A stretch of DNA of 24,110 nucleotides. Origin: a virus. Lineage: Duplodnaviria; Caudoviricetes. The DNA lies in IMG/VR virus record IMGVR_UViG_3300025114_000048, positions 1-24,110 of that record; one strand, given 5' to 3'. Positions 8,416 through 17,516 of the stretch are shown here, piece after piece. The stretch's first letter is position 1, and every line of letters begins with the position of its first letter. The notes under the pieces were generated by a model. That model searched no databases. It was not told the origin of the DNA and saw only the letters and a list, made by a program, of their open reading frames with translations. The position numbers and the translations under genes are program-made.

Positions 8416-9092
8416 AGAGAACTATGTTTAATAAAATTAAGAAGAAGATTTTAGACGCTGTGACTAAAAAATTATCAGCGCCGCCGAAGGACCCAGAGGA
8501 TAAGGTAGAGAAGATTGTTTTAGTTGATCCATCTGCACTCGTCGCGCCAGAGGAGGAACCCGATATGAGAATCATCGGGCTCTTTACCGATGTTCAAGAA
8601 GAAAAAGTTGCTGAAATTGTACAAGCGCTTCTTTATCTAAATGAGGTAAACAAGAACGAAGAGAAACAGGAAGATCGTCAGCCAATTGAATTTTACATTT
8701 CAACTTATGGAGGCTCAGCCGATGACATGTTCGCTCTATACGACGTCATGAATCTTGTGAGAGAAGAAACTGAAATTCACACCATTGGCGTGGGGAAGGT
8801 TATGTCTGCCGGCGTTTTATTGTTGGCCGGTGGCACGCCCGGTAAACGAAAAATTGGCAAAAATTGCCGCGTAATGATCCACAATGTGAGCGCCGGCGCT
8901 GCCGGCTCACTGCCAAATTTGGCAATAGAGCTTGAAGCAATTCAGCAGTTGCAAGAGGATTATGTTAATGCCTTGGTGTCGTGCACAAAGCTAACTCAGA
9001 AAAAACTTACAAAAATGCTAAATGAAAAAGTTAATATTTATCTTGATGCCGAAGAAGCAGTGCGGCTTGGAATTGCTGATATTATTATATAA
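8412..9092 (+). CDS. clpP: ClpP-family protease subunit
   Basis: PIEFYISTYGGS, IHTIGVGKVMSAG (Ser), VMIHN (His), YLDAEEAVRLGIAD. Start could also be 8424. Confidence 0.9.
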   Translation: MKRTMFNKIKKKILDAVTKKLSAPPKDPEDKVEKIVLVDPSALVAPEEEPDMRIIGLFTDVQEEKVAEIVQALLYLNEVNKNEEKQEDRQPIEFYISTYGGSADDMFALYDVMNLVREETEIHTIGVGKVMSAGVLLLAGGTPGKRKIGKNCRVMIHNVSAGAAGSLPNLAIELEAIQQLQEDYVNALVSCTKLTQKKLTKMLNEKVNIYLDAEEAVRLGIADIII

Positions 9093-9097
9093 ATAGA

Positions 9098-9126
9098 TTG
9101 ACAATCTTTTGATAATGAGTTATAAT
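9098..9126 (+). promoter_or_regulatory. consensus sigma70 promoter TTGACA-N17-TATAAT upstream of groEL
   Basis: TTGACA at 9098-9103, TATAAT at 9121-9126; RBS GAGGTG. Confidence 0.9.
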
Positions 9127-9149
9127 TATAATGTATGCATGAGGTGTAA

Positions 9150-10724
9150 ATGAGTAGAGCATATGATAGCAGGAATTCTCTGCAGCAAAAAATTATGAAT
9201 GGGGCAAACACTCTTGTTGACAATGTTGCTTCCACACTCGGTCCCCGCGGCCGCAATGTTTTGCTGCAAGAAGCAGGCAAGGGCCCTTTTATTACCAAGG
9301 ACGGTGTGACAGTTGCGCATTTTGTGCAGCTAGAGGATCCATTTGAAAATGCGTCTGCGCAGATTATTAAGCAAGCTGCAATTGAAACGAATAATGAAGC
9401 CGGCGACGGCACTACAACTGCAACAGTCTTGGCGCGCGCCATATTACGAGAATCACAAAGATATATTGCTTCTGGCGCGTCCCCGATTGAATTACAAAGA
9501 GGTATTGATGCAACAGTTAAAGAAATCACAAAAAATCTTACAAATATGGCAATCCCGGTTAAAAATGCTGAAGACATCACTCATATTGCCGCTATCTCAG
9601 CCAATAACGATGCTGCTATTGGAGGGCTTATTGCTCTTGCTGTTGATCGCGTGGGCGAAGACGGATCTATTACAATAGAGGAGTCTCGTTCTTTAGAGAC
9701 GTCCATAGATGTTACCGAAGGATTTAAAATTGAATCCGGATACTGTGCTGCAGCCTTTATTACAGATGATCGGCGCTCAGTCATGAACTATGAGGAACCA
9801 CTTTTCCTGATAACAGACCATAAGATATCACAGGTAGAACCAATATTGCCGATTCTAGAAATGATTGCACGGGAAGGCCGCCCCCTTATTATTGTCGCAG
9901 AGGATATCGAAGGACAAGCATTGGCAGCCTTGATTATGAATGCAATACGAGGTACCTTAAAGATTGCTGCCGTTAAGGCGCCTTATTATGGCGAAGAAAG
10001 AAGAAATCTATTAAGCGATCTCGCATTGTCAGTTGGAGCTACGTTGATAGCGAGAGAAGAGGGCAAAAAATTGCAAGAGATAGAGCTTTCAGATCTTGGA
10101 ACGGCCAAGCTTGTTGAAAGCAACAAATACTCGACCGTAATCGTGGGCGGCAAATGTGACTTTAAGGCCATTGATGAGCGCATAGAGGCTTTAAAAAATC
10201 AAATCAAACAAACCTCTTCGATTCAAGATTGCGAACAATTACAGGCGCGCGTTGTGCGCTTGTCTTCGGGTGTCGCGGTCATCTCAGTAGGAGGTTCTAC
10301 CGAAGTTGAAATGACCGAACGCAAGCACCGCATTGAGGATGCCCTGGAGGCAGTAAGATCCGCCCAGGAAGAGGGTATCGTTGGCGGAGGTGGTGTTGCG
10401 CTCATTGAGGCAACAAAAAAGCTTTTAATCGAAACTAACCACTCAGAGCAAGCTCTCGGCGCGGTTATCGTAAAAGAAGCATGTAAAGAACCATTTCGCC
10501 AAATGGCACTCAATGCAGGAGAACCTCCGGATGTGTTGATTAAGACAGTAATGGAGGCAGATGAGGGCATGGGCTGGGATTTTAGAAACAATGAGTTGGT
10601 CAATCTACTTGATAACGGTATTATCGATCCAGTTAAAGTTACCAAGGCTGCTCTTCAGAACGCTGCTAGCTGCGCTGGGACCCTAATTACTACTAATTTT
10701 GGCATTATACAGACAGGAGAATAA
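9150..10724 (+). CDS. groEL: chaperonin GroEL (group I)
   Basis: TLGPRGRNV, ITKDGVTVA, AGDGTTTATVLA, AVKAP, RIEDAL, GIVGGGG, GIIDPVKV; no GGM tail. Confidence 0.96.
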   Translation: MSRAYDSRNSLQQKIMNGANTLVDNVASTLGPRGRNVLLQEAGKGPFITKDGVTVAHFVQLEDPFENASAQIIKQAAIETNNEAGDGTTTATVLARAILRESQRYIASGASPIELQRGIDATVKEITKNLTNMAIPVKNAEDITHIAAISANNDAAIGGLIALAVDRVGEDGSITIEESRSLETSIDVTEGFKIESGYCAAAFITDDRRSVMNYEEPLFLITDHKISQVEPILPILEMIAREGRPLIIVAEDIEGQALAALIMNAIRGTLKIAAVKAPYYGEERRNLLSDLALSVGATLIAREEGKKLQEIELSDLGTAKLVESNKYSTVIVGGKCDFKAIDERIEALKNQIKQTSSIQDCEQLQARVVRLSSGVAVISVGGSTEVEMTERKHRIEDALEAVRSAQEEGIVGGGGVALIEATKKLLIETNHSEQALGAVIVKEACKEPFRQMALNAGEPPDVLIKTVMEADEGMGWDFRNNELVNLLDNGIIDPVKVTKAALQNAASCAGTLITTNFGIIQTGE

Positions 10725-10725
10725 A

Positions 10726-10944
10726 ATGCAAGAAGGAGATTTGATTCACATACCCCAAGATGTTCTGTTATTCGACAAGAATAATATTTTTATTGATAAA
10801 ACCAAGAAGCCGATAGTGGGGGTTTTTCTAAAAGAAACGCCAGTGGGTTCACCATGGCAGGCCGGCACATACACCGTTTATGCCAAAGGCCGCGAAGCGG
10901 TGGTGGCGAGAAGATGTGTGTACCCCATGGAGGAAGAATGTTAG
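10726..10944 (+). CDS. small hypothetical protein, SH3/KOW-like start (MQEGDLIHI)
   Basis: ATG 10726 with RBS AGGAG; 72 aa; no GroES motifs. Confidence 0.7.
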   Translation: MQEGDLIHIPQDVLLFDKNNIFIDKTKKPIVGVFLKETPVGSPWQAGTYTVYAKGREAVVARRCVYPMEEEC

Positions 10945-11231
10945 TTAAATTAACCGAAGTGTGCAACACTGGCGCAGTTACTGCAAATGCTAAATATTCC
11001 TTGCGCGAAGTCTTTGTTAACCCGGAACATGTAGTGATGGTTCGTGAAGAGCGGCGTTTGCGAGAGTTAAATGAACAAGGGCGTCTGCCAAGCGATCTGG
11101 ACCCGGACCACAGATTTTCGAAAATCATAATTGATCGAGGCAACACCGGCACTGAAATAACTGTGGTTGGCGCGCCGGAGATTATCGAGTTGGCGCTTCA
11201 AAATAGCTCCAAACAACTTTTAAGGGGATGA
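10938..11231 (+). CDS. hypothetical protein with an FlbD-like pattern
   Basis: RBS GGAGG; MLVKLT...VFVNPEHVVMVRE resembles FlbD-like small beta proteins. Confidence 0.7.
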   Translation: MLVKLTEVCNTGAVTANAKYSLREVFVNPEHVVMVREERRLRELNEQGRLPSDLDPDHRFSKIIIDRGNTGTEITVVGAPEIIELALQNSSKQLLRG

Positions 11232-11232
11232 T

Positions 11233-11610
11233 ATGGGACAAAGGATAACTATTCAGTATTCCGTCGAGGAGACGGAACTTAAGTATGAGACGTATAGGCT
11301 TCTTACTAATAGTCTAGCCCGGCTAACTTCGATTAATGCCGGCACGCCCGATGTTCAGAGTGTTTTAACAATCGGCACACTAAAAGAGGTAAACGCTTTA
11401 CGCGAAGAGATGGCCCGAATCGATATCATGTTGGAAGATGTATCTGCTATAATTGATGGGTACGTTAGGTACGAGCACGGTGTTTTTTTAGGTGAGAGCA
11501 CCGAGCTAGATGATTCTGTTCCCGCTGCAGCACCAGACATAGAAGGTCTTCAGCAGAAGCTGCAAGGCTTGAAACACGCCCTTCAAGAACCCAATGAAGT
11601 CTCCGATTAA
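11233..11610 (+). CDS. hypothetical helical protein
   Basis: 125-aa ORF tightly packed in the operon. Confidence 0.75.
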   Translation: MGQRITIQYSVEETELKYETYRLLTNSLARLTSINAGTPDVQSVLTIGTLKEVNALREEMARIDIMLEDVSAIIDGYVRYEHGVFLGESTELDDSVPAAAPDIEGLQQKLQGLKHALQEPNEVSD

Positions 11611-12364
11611 AGATTTAAGATACGCCTCAAGGGCGTTAAGTGTGCTTAAGCGCATAATCCCTGCGGATAGTTCCGTAGAGTCGTTTTTGTTGTTTGCCGG
11701 CGATCTGGAGATCAACTTAGCAGAAGCCGGCCGCCAAGTCACCGCTCATACCAATAGATATGTAATTTATGATTTTTGGGTATCTTTGTTTGAAAGCCCA
11801 TGGGTGCTTTCTGAAATGGCCCAATTTTTTTACCCGTTTGAAAGTCAAGAAGTTTTTAACGTATTTCAAAAAGATTATAGTAAAAAAAAGGATCCCTATA
11901 TGCGCGCAGCCCTATTTTTTTTGTTAAATCGGTGTTCATCAAATGGAATGATATCTTCTGGAGATTTAGATCAAAAAAATTATACCCCTATGGCCCTGAC
12001 TCACCTTGAAAGATTTAAACAAATTAATTTTGACGTTGTTTGCGATCAGTCCGAGAACTTTTTAGCGAACGTTTCACAAATAAAAGATACTGATTTCATC
12101 TTTTTTCCAGTAGGAAAGTTTAGTTTCAATTTGTTAGAAGAAGGGATTACCCGCGGCCAAGAAGAAACAACGATTTATCACAAAGAACTAAAAGAGACTG
12201 TAGATGCTCTTAAAACGCCCACAATCTTGAATTATGTATATCATCCGGGCGTCGTGCAACTTTACAGCGACTATGAGATGATTATGTTAGATAAATATGG
12301 AAAAGATACTTCTGACAAAACTAAAGCAAAGGAGCTTATAATTGCAAATTTCGGAATTAGTTAA
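11594..12364 (+). CDS. degenerate D12-class (T4/E. coli Dam-like) adenine methyltransferase homologue, probably catalytically inactive
   Basis: MKSPIK start, RAALFFLLNRCSSNG (Dam: RA..FLYLNR...NG) and terminal KELII are retained; the GGK, EPF.G.G and DPPY motifs are missing (DFIFFPVG instead). Confidence 0.7.
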   Translation: MKSPIKDLRYASRALSVLKRIIPADSSVESFLLFAGDLEINLAEAGRQVTAHTNRYVIYDFWVSLFESPWVLSEMAQFFYPFESQEVFNVFQKDYSKKKDPYMRAALFFLLNRCSSNGMISSGDLDQKNYTPMALTHLERFKQINFDVVCDQSENFLANVSQIKDTDFIFFPVGKFSFNLLEEGITRGQEETTIYHKELKETVDALKTPTILNYVYHPGVVQLYSDYEMIMLDKYGKDTSDKTKAKELIIANFGIS

Positions 12365-12692
12365 GGCATGCGCCCTCTTCACAGTGGCGCAGGCATGTGT
12401 GTGGTTTCAGTGTTATTCTCACTATGTGTGGGAATGGTGGCAAAATAAGCCAATTCATGCGGCATTAGTATACGGGATTCCTGCTAGTATTTGTTTTTGG
12501 TATGGTACGCGCCTCGCAGTCGATGCCACCAGCGAAGCGTGGGCGGCGCGCCTATTAGGCTTTGGAATATCATATCTAACTTTTCCATTACTCACTTGGT
12601 GGCTTTTAAATGAAAGTATGTTCACGACAAAGACAATGATTTGTGTAGCTTTGTCGGTTATGATAGTAATGGTACAAATATTTTGGAGATAA
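12342..12692 (+). CDS. small 4-TM membrane protein (DMT/SMR-like)
   Basis: Four hydrophobic segments in about 116 aa; LLNESMFTTK before the last TM. Start uncertain (TTG). Confidence 0.7.
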   Translation: MQISELVKACALFTVAQACVWFQCYSHYVWEWWQNKPIHAALVYGIPASICFWYGTRLAVDATSEAWAARLLGFGISYLTFPLLTWWLLNESMFTTKTMICVALSVMIVMVQIFWR

Positions 12693-12693
12693 A

Positions 12694-13023
12694 ATGACAA
12701 TAGTAGAAAAGCCTTGGGGCTTTGAATTAATTTGGGCACAAACGGATAATTATGTCGGCAAGTTATTGCACATTGACGCACAACAAAGGCTTTCTCTTCA
12801 ATATCATGAAATTAAAGAGGAAACTGTTTTTGTCACGCAAGGAATTCTTTTAAATTATGATGCCGGCGGGAATGTGCAAGCAATTCCCGCCGGCCAATCG
12901 TTACATGTTCAGCCTAATCAAGTTCATCGATTTGGCGCCGGCAAGAAATACGTTGAGCTTATTGAAGTGAGCACCCCATATCTTGATGATGTTGTTAGAT
13001 TAGAAGATGACTATAAGAGATAA
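12694..13023 (+). CDS. cupin-domain protein (type II mannose-6-phosphate isomerase C-terminal-like)
   Basis: VEKPWG, RLSLQYH..KEE, VHRF, IEVSTP, DDVVRLEDDY. Confidence 0.88.
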   Translation: MTIVEKPWGFELIWAQTDNYVGKLLHIDAQQRLSLQYHEIKEETVFVTQGILLNYDAGGNVQAIPAGQSLHVQPNQVHRFGAGKKYVELIEVSTPYLDDVVRLEDDYKR

Positions 13024-13026
13024 TAA

Positions 13027-13034
13027 ACTATTTA
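13027..13034 (+). promoter_or_regulatory. putative late promoter motif ACTATTTA
   Basis: Intergenic, about 20 nt before the 1157-aa gene; followed by GTTGAG as in the 7208 copy. Confidence 0.55.
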
Positions 13035-13053
13035 TTACGTTGAGGAATTAAAT

Positions 13054-16000
13054 ATGAGTGATTTTGCAACGGATAAGTGGTTTAAACATGTCCGAGAAGA
13101 ATTGATAGTAGAGGGCTTGAGAGACATCGGTCTCCCCGAATATGTCGTCGATTTTATCGAAGAGGCAATGCCGTCTTCCCCGGAGAAGGCGAAGGTGTAC
13201 ACAGGCAATGGCTGGAAGAAAGCCTTCACGACGGATAACGTGCAGAACCTTCAGTTTACTGCCGTTAATCATCTGATCGATCAGTACGGCGACTATGTGC
13301 AGAAGCAACCCAGCAGCGACGACCCCATTGCCCCCCTGCAAGCCCGAACCTCGACACCGTATGGGACTGCCGATGACGGCAGTTTCAAGCACGTAGAGTA
13401 CGACGACGAGATGATAAAGCGCTCTGAGCAAGTTAAGTTCGTTATTCAAAACATCAAGAATGTGCTCGCCAAGCCGATGGGCACGTGGCCCAAGGCATTT
13501 AAGAAAGCCGTGAAGGCTTTGAGCAAAGCGGGAATTCCCAGCGAGAAAGTTGAATCCACCCAAGAATACTTTAAAGTACTTCTTCAGCAAGAGTTTCAAA
13601 ATTGGTGGTACAGATACGATTTGCTGTTCGCATGGTTAAACTCTGAGCCCACCAACTATGAACTGATTAAAGGCGAAAAAAGCATGGTGGACGCCTACCG
13701 TGTTGCTCAAGATGACTTAAACAACAAAGAAGATCCCGACTTTATCATACACACCTTTGAGGATGGCTCTTACTGGTACAATCTTGATGTGTCTAACTGC
13801 CCTGTTGAAGGCGAGCGCATGGGGCACTGCGGTGGCGACAATCGCGGCGTTCTTGTTTCTCTGCGCAAGAAGAAAGGCAAGCGCAAGGCATCCTCGTCTT
13901 ATATCACGATGACTTGGGATGACGAGACCCTTTATCAGATCAAGGGGCGCTCTAACGATGCTCCCCCGGAGGAGACCTGGGATCACATCGATTGGTTCAT
14001 TAAGAACATGAACATCAACTCAGTCCAAGAAAGCGGCGAGCACTCCAACGACTGGGATGGTTTCCGAGAGATGAACGACTATCTATCCTCACGAAACCGC
14101 GACGTTAGTTTTGCAGGCGCAGTTGATATTGAAGCCATTGACGAGATGCTTAGTGAAATAGCAAACAACTACGATGGTGAACAAACGTCGATATCAGCAG
14201 AGTCCCAGGGACCAGAGGACCACGGCGGCGACGGCGCGTATGTATACATGAGCGGCTATGCCAGCATGGAGATTGAACTTCGCTGGAAAGGCTTTAAAGA
14301 AGAAGAGGGTTTTTATATCCCGACACTGGGACCGAGGACCGCCACTTCGGATGCGACAACTGACGACAGCCTCAGCCCCATCCCGATTAACTCATGGGGC
14401 ACCGATGCACGAGCGTTTGAGGATGAGTCGGGATTTGATACAATCGGCTGGGATCTTCCGGGCGACGACCCAGAAGTAGAGTGGTCGATCCAGATGAAAG
14501 AAAGCTCTTTCCCGCCAGGTTACGAGGGAGATATGGAGGCGTCCGGCCCCATGCTGGCAGTCCTTAGTGTAGAGTGGCGCCTCAGCCACCAAGAAGGCGT
14601 TGAAGATGCCGACGAGGCCGAGCGCCACTTTGAAGACTTTAGCGATAACATGCAGCAGTTTGACAATGAATACGAGGAGAAACATGCCGAGGTGCGGGGC
14701 AATCTGGCACAGCACGGCTACATCGCCAAGACAACCTACGACCGTGACCGCGAAGAAATGGCTGCATACGACATGGATCACTGGAAAGTGTGGAGCGAGA
14801 AATCAGGACTAGAGTTTTGGTTTAGACCACACAGACGGTCAGATACTCTTATTAATAGCGGCGGAGATGCGGCACGCATCCCGATGGAAATTATGATGTG
14901 GGGACGCGATCCAGCCCGCGACCATCACATAGACGCGTTGTGGGTGAAGATCTTTGGTACATCTATCCTGCGTGGGAAGATGCAGTCACCTGACCTTAAC
15001 CGCAACATGGCGAGAAACTTGGAGAAACTTTATGCAGAACAAGAAGCCTCTGATCCCGACCAAGAGCAGCTTCCCTTTAGTCAAGAGTACGATGCGCCTC
15101 CCCCACGCGCTGTGTTGGCGAAAGACTCGCGCTTCATCATTGAACCAGCAACGAGATTTGAGCGCTCCGGTGACGTTGGCGAAGGCTCATACCCCAACAT
15201 GTCTATCAACTGGCGTTATACTATTGGTGTAGATCACACAGCATCGTCCGAGGAAGTACAGACAGTCAAAGATATTGTGAAGTATTTTAACGAGAACTCC
15301 GATATGGTTGAACTTGCCGCCATGCAGACGATCCGTGATGCGATGGAGGGGACGGCAGCGTTGGCAGATGCCACCAAAGCAGATGTTATGTCGGGCAAGT
15401 GGCCCAACATTGCCATTCGGCGCATTGATGATAAGTATGGTGCCGCGGCGTATGCCGGGGATGTCCATGCCGAGGCAATCATTCTGATTACCAAGTGGAT
15501 AAAAGACAACTTCGATCAGATGAGTGAGCCAGAAAAATATGTAGCGTGGTTTAAATATCTGAAGCCGATCAAAGATGCTCACTTCAACATGGCTAGATCT
15601 GGAAACATTGAAATGGACGACGATGCCAACATTGGCATGCCCAAGAACTGGGTAATAGAGGTGCAAGATCAGTTGAAGAAGATGAAAGCCTTCAGTGGAA
15701 CCGTGAACAAGTATGGTGGAGTGCAGCCCGGCGAGACACTGAAAGGAACGATAGGAGAGCCCCAGCCAGTGGGAGAGTCGATGGAACAACAAATAGCAAG
15801 AATAGACAGACTTCTGCAAGAAAAAGATCCAAATTACGATCTGCGCCAATATCAAGCGAACATAGGCGTTTCTATCTCCACAGAACTGGGGGGAGAAATG
15901 GCCGAAGTACAAACTGAAATAAGAGCAATCCCTCAAATTACTACGGTTCGAACTTCTGGCGAGTCTGTTAGGCGCGGAAATAGGTATTATGCAACATTGA

Positions 16001-16527
16001 ATGTTAAATTTGCATTGCTAGGCCAAGGCAATCGACATGAATTTATAAGGAAAATTCTTTTGCCGAAACTTGCCACCATCAAAGGCTTAAATGTGATTTC
16101 AATCGACCGAGTGGATCTTATAGCAGCTAGCTCGTCAACCATTAAAGAGGACATTGCCGCATTGTATCAAACTAGTCAGGCATCTGTTACGCCGCGGCTT
16201 TCAATTGAAGATGTAGTGTCTGATTGGGCAGAGGGCGGCGTAATGGATTATGACGTGCCTATGAGCGCGTACTATATGAGGTATCATGTTATGGTGCCGG
16301 TGCAAGAACTGAGGGCGCTGATGTCGAGAGAATTTAGGAAGCCGATGGATGGATTTCAGGGCGGATACCAAAATTTTATATCGCGCGGCCCACAACAACC
16401 AGTTGTGGTTGCAATCGGAAAGAATGGGCGCGCCAAAATAACAGGCAATGAAGACGACGTATGGTATGCAATCGAATCGGGCTTAGAGGAGTTGCCGGTA
16501 TTCTTTAGTTACCAAAATCAAATTTAG
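13054..16527 (+). CDS. large multidomain protein with a PcfJ-like domain and a divergent C-terminal ParB/Srx-like domain
   Basis: EGERMGHCGG...VSLRK...ITMT...YQIKGRSNDAP (about 13741-14010) fits the PcfJ-like signature EG..M.HC..SLR..QI.G..N..P. C-terminal GPQQPVVVAI..AKITGNEDDVWYAIESGLEELPV resembles ParB-N. Confidence 0.75.
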   Translation: MSDFATDKWFKHVREELIVEGLRDIGLPEYVVDFIEEAMPSSPEKAKVYTGNGWKKAFTTDNVQNLQFTAVNHLIDQYGDYVQKQPSSDDPIAPLQARTSTPYGTADDGSFKHVEYDDEMIKRSEQVKFVIQNIKNVLAKPMGTWPKAFKKAVKALSKAGIPSEKVESTQEYFKVLLQQEFQNWWYRYDLLFAWLNSEPTNYELIKGEKSMVDAYRVAQDDLNNKEDPDFIIHTFEDGSYWYNLDVSNCPVEGERMGHCGGDNRGVLVSLRKKKGKRKASSSYITMTWDDETLYQIKGRSNDAPPEETWDHIDWFIKNMNINSVQESGEHSNDWDGFREMNDYLSSRNRDVSFAGAVDIEAIDEMLSEIANNYDGEQTSISAESQGPEDHGGDGAYVYMSGYASMEIELRWKGFKEEEGFYIPTLGPRTATSDATTDDSLSPIPINSWGTDARAFEDESGFDTIGWDLPGDDPEVEWSIQMKESSFPPGYEGDMEASGPMLAVLSVEWRLSHQEGVEDADEAERHFEDFSDNMQQFDNEYEEKHAEVRGNLAQHGYIAKTTYDRDREEMAAYDMDHWKVWSEKSGLEFWFRPHRRSDTLINSGGDAARIPMEIMMWGRDPARDHHIDALWVKIFGTSILRGKMQSPDLNRNMARNLEKLYAEQEASDPDQEQLPFSQEYDAPPPRAVLAKDSRFIIEPATRFERSGDVGEGSYPNMSINWRYTIGVDHTASSEEVQTVKDIVKYFNENSDMVELAAMQTIRDAMEGTAALADATKADVMSGKWPNIAIRRIDDKYGAAAYAGDVHAEAIILITKWIKDNFDQMSEPEKYVAWFKYLKPIKDAHFNMARSGNIEMDDDANIGMPKNWVIEVQDQLKKMKAFSGTVNKYGGVQPGETLKGTIGEPQPVGESMEQQIARIDRLLQEKDPNYDLRQYQANIGVSISTELGGEMAEVQTEIRAIPQITTVRTSGESVRRGNRYYATLNVKFALLGQGNRHEFIRKILLPKLATIKGLNVISIDRVDLIAASSSTIKEDIAALYQTSQASVTPRLSIEDVVSDWAEGGVMDYDVPMSAYYMRYHVMVPVQELRALMSREFRKPMDGFQGGYQNFISRGPQQPVVVAIGKNGRAKITGNEDDVWYAIESGLEELPVFFSYQNQI

Positions 16528-16560
16528 GAGATATATACTAAAAGGGAGGCGCGCCCACAT

Positions 16561-17316
16561 ATGAGAAAGTTTTTAAAAGTAGTGTGCGTATCTCTGGTGT
16601 GCTTCTCTCTGTTCTTCGGGGCCACCGCGTTACTAAAAAAGCCCAATGATGTTGTCCACCGCAGTGAGAGAAAAAAGCTTTTTTCACAACCAGATAGGGC
16701 GTCATCAGCATATCGTGGCATTCGAAAAAATTCAATTAGAAAGTCAATTGGGTCCGCTGTACGCATAATTTCGCCTACCGAAGATGAGAGCGCAACTTCA
16801 CTAGCAACCGGCACATACTTTACTTATAAAGGAAAACATTATGTTCTGACGGCCGCCCATGCCATATTGGGTCCATGTAAAAATTTATTAATTGTATATT
16901 TTGAACATACGGCTAGTTGTTTAGAGTTTACTTTGGTAGATTTGCGCATGGATTATGCAATTATTGAAATAGAAGAAATAGAGGACCGCGTCCCTGTGCG
17001 AATGCCGCAATCACTGCAGCTTGACAAATATCCAAAAATACTTGACAAAACTTACTATACGGGTTATCCTAATAGTGCTGGACCTTTGACAATCACTGGC
17101 ACAATTGCTGGCTTTACAGACGATGGTTTAATTTTTCTTCAATCATATGCGTGGACCGGCTCTTCGGGGTCTGGAGTGTTTGACCATCAGGGAAATTTAA
17201 TAGGGATTATAATGGCTTTAGATATAGGCGTAACACAACATGGCGTTGATGTAATGGAGGATCTACTTATCGTTGTACCAACAAACGAAATTGATTGGTC
17301 CAGCATATTACATTAA
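16561..17316 (+). CDS. trypsin-like (S1) serine protease with an N-terminal signal or TM segment
   Basis: VLTAAH (His), DYAII (Asp), GSSGSGVFD (Ser); hydrophobic N-terminus; RBS GGGAGG. Confidence 0.9.
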   Translation: MRKFLKVVCVSLVCFSLFFGATALLKKPNDVVHRSERKKLFSQPDRASSAYRGIRKNSIRKSIGSAVRIISPTEDESATSLATGTYFTYKGKHYVLTAAHAILGPCKNLLIVYFEHTASCLEFTLVDLRMDYAIIEIEEIEDRVPVRMPQSLQLDKYPKILDKTYYTGYPNSAGPLTITGTIAGFTDDGLIFLQSYAWTGSSGSGVFDHQGNLIGIIMALDIGVTQHGVDVMEDLLIVVPTNEIDWSSILH

Positions 17317-17330
17317 TGAGGAAAATAGTT

Positions 17331-17516
17331 ATGTCCGATGAACTTAAGGAACTTTTAGAGCGCGTCGAAGCCATTGAGCAACAACTTGATTTAGTCGTTG
17401 ATTTTTTGGAGCTGCTTCAAAGTAATGAAAGAAAAGCTGCCACAGAAGAACGAAAAATGCTTAACGACCACTTAAAAAAAACACAGATTACAGATAAACC
17501 CATGGGAGATGCTTAA
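17331..17516 (+). CDS. small coiled-coil hypothetical protein
   Basis: ATG 17331 after GAGG; heptad pattern; TAATG overlap with the next gene. Confidence 0.7.
   Translation: MSDELKELLERVEAIEQQLDLVVDFLELLQSNERKAATEERKMLNDHLKKTQITDKPMGDA

Noticed and set aside
10726-11231. Small ORFs after groEL as a possible GroES
   Set aside because: No PLxDRV, mobile-loop GGI or GxVVAVG motifs.
17021-17070. Two CTTGACAAA copies 21 nt apart and TTGACA-N17-TATCCT inside the protease gene
   Set aside because: Explained by two LDK codon runs, and the -10 is weak. An internal promoter cannot be excluded but is unsupported.
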